Source: Bugula neritina | Taxonomy: Eukaryota; Animalia; Bryozoa | Assembly: GCA_964035545.1 (NCBI GenBank) | Contig: OZ037769.1 | Location: 1,178,001 to 1,242,000, forward strand | Direction of reading: 5' to 3' | DNA length: 64,000 bases | Shown: piece after piece, positions 48,501-64,000 of the stretch | How positions within the stretch are numbered: position 1 is the stretch's first letter | Layout of the letters: every line of letters starts with the position of its first letter | Position numbers and translations under genes: made by a program | Notes under the pieces: model-generated | The model's input: the letters and a program-made list of their open reading frames with translations, nothing else | What the model was told of the DNA's origin: nothing | Database searches by the model: none

Positions 48501-50621
48501 CAGTCTTCATCAATGCATAGATAAGTTTTATTAATTGAAATTGGCAGCGGAATATTTTCCAGCAGCTCTTTAAATAGTTACCAATTACCTGAAGCCGCAT
48601 TAATACAACAGGTAGCTGTGTTACATTCTTTTCAAATGTTTCACGTGTTGAGAGGTTAATATACATTTACACTATACCCTCAATAAACATCATGCTACTT
48701 GCAGCTATCTGCACTATACATACACAACACAGCTGTACCAACTTGTTATAAACTGCACTATTTGCAACTGTATAGCTAAAGTTCCATGCAATACTTTATA
48801 GATAAACTGAGGGTGGAAGATGGCTCTACCCCTAAGAGTAAGCCTGTTTCCAAGACTAGACAGAATGCTAATGATGCTGCTGGTAAAAAGGGTAAATTTT
48901 TGTAGATCAATGCGTTTAAAAAAATATTAGAACATGATTTTAATTCAGTTTTAAAAATATATTGCATAATGCTATGGGCATGATTACTATAGTCACTTTG
49001 GTAAGAGTGGTAAATTTTTGTGTTTTTACTTAATTTTGTAGTAACAAAAATGTTAAAAGGAAGAAATTAGAATTAAAAAATTATTGCTCTTGTACTGATA
49101 GTGATAAAAAAATACAAACCATTGATTTTATGTACAAGCAAAATAAAAATATTGGTTCAATGGTAGAATGCAGTCTATTCATATTCACATATCTATAAAC
49201 ACTTGGGGATATCAAAGTATACAAAGTAGAAAGGCTTATCGATGAAATACAGTATGTCAACAATAACTATAATGATAATGAGATAAATTGCTACTATCTC
49301 TGCGGAAACAGTCTGTCTACATAATATGATAAAGAACATTGTTTTGTGTTGCAGATACACACTTAGTGTTAGATACAGTGTGCTCTGTTGCACTACGTAG
49401 AACCACATATGATGTTGCTGATGGAGAGGATAAGATGTTGGTGGGTAGAAATGGTGGATTTGATATATTAGATAAAGATACAAATCATGGGGCAGCTCCA
49501 AGTAGAGAGGTCTTAGACCCAGTAGGCAAAACTGATAAACTAGCAGAGAGTAGATTTATTAGGCATTTTCAACGCCTGCTTGATCCAAATCAGCAGAGAG
49601 TGTTGAAAACAGTAAAAACAGCGGACAGCAGTTCTACTCTCTCTCTGCAAAGTCATGATAACCACATTTATACTCTGTGTGCAGAGGATTCTGCAGGAGC
49701 AAGTAGAAAAGTTATAATATTTGATAGTGAGGGTAGAGAAATGAAGACCTGGTCTGTACCAGATTACGAGTATGTTAGTAGTCTAACTGTATCTAACAAC
49801 AAAGTGTATGTGTCAGATCCAGCTAACAAACAACTCTGTGTATACAGCATGCTAGGTACACAAATTGGATATATATCAAATGCATCATTTCATACACCTC
49901 TCCACCTCAACATCTGCCCTCCACACAGTTTACTCATATCTGACTGTAAAGCCAACAGAGTACATAAACTAGACTGTAGGTCTGACACCATCACATGGAC
50001 TTCTGCTGTGGTGAAGAAGCCGAGAGGCGTAGCTGCAGACTGCACATGTAGAGAAGTGTGGGTGTGGTCTGATACTATCAAATCAATAGTCATCCTAGAC
50101 TCTGATACAGGTAATAACTTTCACTATGACAGGCTATATAGAATATAGATTAGCAATGAAGAACAAATATATACTTTATGCTGTTTTATATAAATATAAA
50201 ATAAAATCTTCCTGTAAACTTTATGTAACGTTTAGCTAGCTAAACATAATCTTCAGGAGTATTGTAATTTATGCATCATGAGTTGAAGAAAATTAATGAT
50301 ATATAGAACTATAAAAGCAGCATAATTTAATATTTGAACAAAATTATTTTAGTCAAAGCCTTACAATTTAAAAAAGTATGCACAGAGACTGTTATATGAA
50401 TGTGTTGGTAATTATAATGTGCAGGTTTCAAAATAGTTGTTGTTGGTTTTAAAAACTTTTTCATGTATCTAGGCAAGTTTAAAAAGAATGTACAACATGT
50501 GAACTTCACTCAGATCTCTGACGATGACGCTGTCACTGGAATGTGTATAACCAGGGGTGAACTTTGGTGTGCTACTTCAGGATTAGGACTTCTAAAGTTC
50601 AGCAAAAAATCAAAGAAGTGA
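45520..50621 (+). CDS. TRIM-like E3 ligase 3: RING, B-box, coiled coil, linker, NHL-like beta-propeller (~582 aa, 8 coding exons)
   Basis: Exons 45520-45664, 45970-46125, 46290-46374, 46987-47128, 47616-47841, 48802-48891 (putative extra symmetric exon), 49355-50110, 50473-50621; in frame with or without the 90-nt exon. Confidence 0.88.
46842..46890 (+). mobile_element. tRNA-derived SINE-like fragment
   Basis: B-box-like GGGTTCGAATCCC after a (GCAA)n run; no complete cloverleaf. A similar GGGTTCGAGCC lies at ~32597. Confidence 0.45.
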
Positions 50622-52398
50622 TTTTGTATTTTTAACAAGCTTCAAGTAAATTAAATGAATTTATAAATATTTTCCTATTCACTTAACATAATTAGAAGAT
50701 AATTAGTTTATTTTTGTTGTTATAGCCTTAAAAATCCGTTTCAATTAAATTACAAATTAACGAAAACTGGTAATCAGAAACTGCTCACAATCAGCTGGAC
50801 CTTTGACCCTTGACCCCTGATCTAACATAAACCACTGCATGAATGTTACCTTTTTATAGGAAGGTGTTTAACATAGGCTTTTTCTAAGCATTTTGATCGT
50901 TATACTACTAACTGGCACGATGAAAAGCTTATTTATTATACTATGCTGCAATAGAAATTAATGATTTTTAAAAACATACTTATGTAAAATTGCATTACAT
51001 TACCAGATATATTGTGCAAAGATGAGAACTAAAAAGTATGTTTTAGCTCTTGTTATGCATGTTTATTATGTGCAGTTATTTAATAATTAAGTGCTAAGAA
51101 GTTTATAACAGTATTGAATACAATTATTCTTTTTAGTATACTAATATCAACTTCAAAATGTAGCAACTTTATTTGAATAAAAATTTCCAGCAAATCACCA
51201 AATAGTTTGTTGTGTGCCGAGCTCAGCTGTTGTCTATAAAGCTCTAAGGTTATTTATGAAATGCTTTAATAGTAGCTAATGCAAACCTCATCATTATACT
51301 GCAGAACTTTTTAAAACTTCATCACTTTTAGGTTTTAATGACCTGCAGCTTCAGTAAATGTACACACTTCTGCACCTGTATTTAAGACAACCTTACAGCT
51401 TCTGCTATCAGCATTCTAATTCTTTTCATGTTTCACCATAATTACATTCAGCTAAAACGAACTACTTTTGCTATTGACTATTCTTTATCTGAAATTCTTC
51501 TTATTTTACTCATATAGCTGATAAAACATGGATTTTTGTTTCCGTGAGATGTTGGCACAAATCATCTTAATTCTGAAAGTGTTCTGGCAAAATGTTGAAG
51601 TTTATCACAAACAGAAAAAAATATCTCTGCTCTTTTAAGATAGTTTTAGAGTTATGCTCTTACAGCCACTTTGATGCCAGACATTATTGGAATTCCTAAA
51701 TATATATTATGGTATCTTCAATCACAAAAATAATGACATCACAGTGATGAAAATATTCACAGTGAAAGAATACAATAAAATCAATCACAAATTGTCTAAT
51801 CAAATTCCTCTCTTTACAAAACAGTTTCTTGCAATTTAAACTGCTAGTACTACTACCGGGAGAGCAAGATTTATAGTCTAGAGATTTGTGACAAGAATAA
51901 CCAAATTATTGGCTTCTAGCCAGTGCGGCACTTTTTTATTTTTAATAGCCAATATCTGAACTACTCAGGCTGGTAGGTAATTCAACTACTTGAAAAGAGG
52001 TTTAAGTCTTTTTGTCCCATTAAGCAATAAGAGTAGATAAATCTATTAAATACTATAAATATATTCAATATATTGCAATATAGACACTAGTATATCATGC
52101 ATTATATTATAAGGCAAAGCTTAAAAAGCTATGAAGATTTCGTTTAGCATAACAGCTTGACTTTGGACAAGAAAATCGTTTTGAGAAGTATATTTTATAA
52201 GAATTGAGTTGTTTTACTTTATTGTGGCTTCAAAGAGCTCTAGCCTAATTTCTAATCTTGTGATTGTATGAATCTAACTACTTCTCAGTCTACTCAACTA
52301 TTTGTGTAATTTTCTTTCTAAATGATGACTCATATTGTGTTGAGTGAAAGAAGACAACTTATTAGTTACAGTATCTATGAAGGTCAACTAAGCAGAAG

Positions 52399-63902
<11,504 letters not shown>

Positions 63903-64000
63903 GTGAGATAATCTCATTCTATATAGATTTTGTGTTAAACTTTTTTTTTGTAATTATGTATTATTCAGCTGCAGCTGAATAATACATAATTACAAAAACG

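Overview
AT-rich, intron-rich eukaryotic (invertebrate animal) genomic DNA. Minisatellite-packed introns and the gene families suggest a lophotrochozoan such as a bryozoan, but this is inference only. I reconstructed exons by hand from GT-AG boundaries and all phases are frame-consistent. The window looks like a compact innate-immune/recognition gene cluster. (1) 1-13.6 kb, + strand: the 3' part of a type-I membrane receptor with at least 11 Cys-rich FN3 repeats in alternating A/B pairs, a Sushi/CCP domain, a TM helix and a Tyr-rich tail with FDNPAY and an ITAM-like YIDV-x8-YETI. (2) 15.4-16.2 kb, - strand: a single-coding-exon, single-domain PLD-superfamily protein with a variant HKD motif, probably a nuclease. 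(3) 16.7-25.8 kb: a four-copy mosaic tandem array of the sequence immediately 3' of a TRIM stop codon. (4) 25.8-50.6 kb: three paralogous RING-B-box-coiled-coil-NHL-like propeller (TRIM-like) genes, one on - and two on +, with a hypervariable propeller loop. (5) 52.4-64 kb, + strand: the 5' part of a paralogous receptor with a signal peptide, four non-canonical F-type-lectin/F5-8C-fold domains and the same FN3 cassette, recently duplicated. Also present: an antisense type-I hammerhead ribozyme inserted in an intronic (TA)n tract, several MITEs, SINE-like fragments, and minisatellites built from multiplied splice sites.
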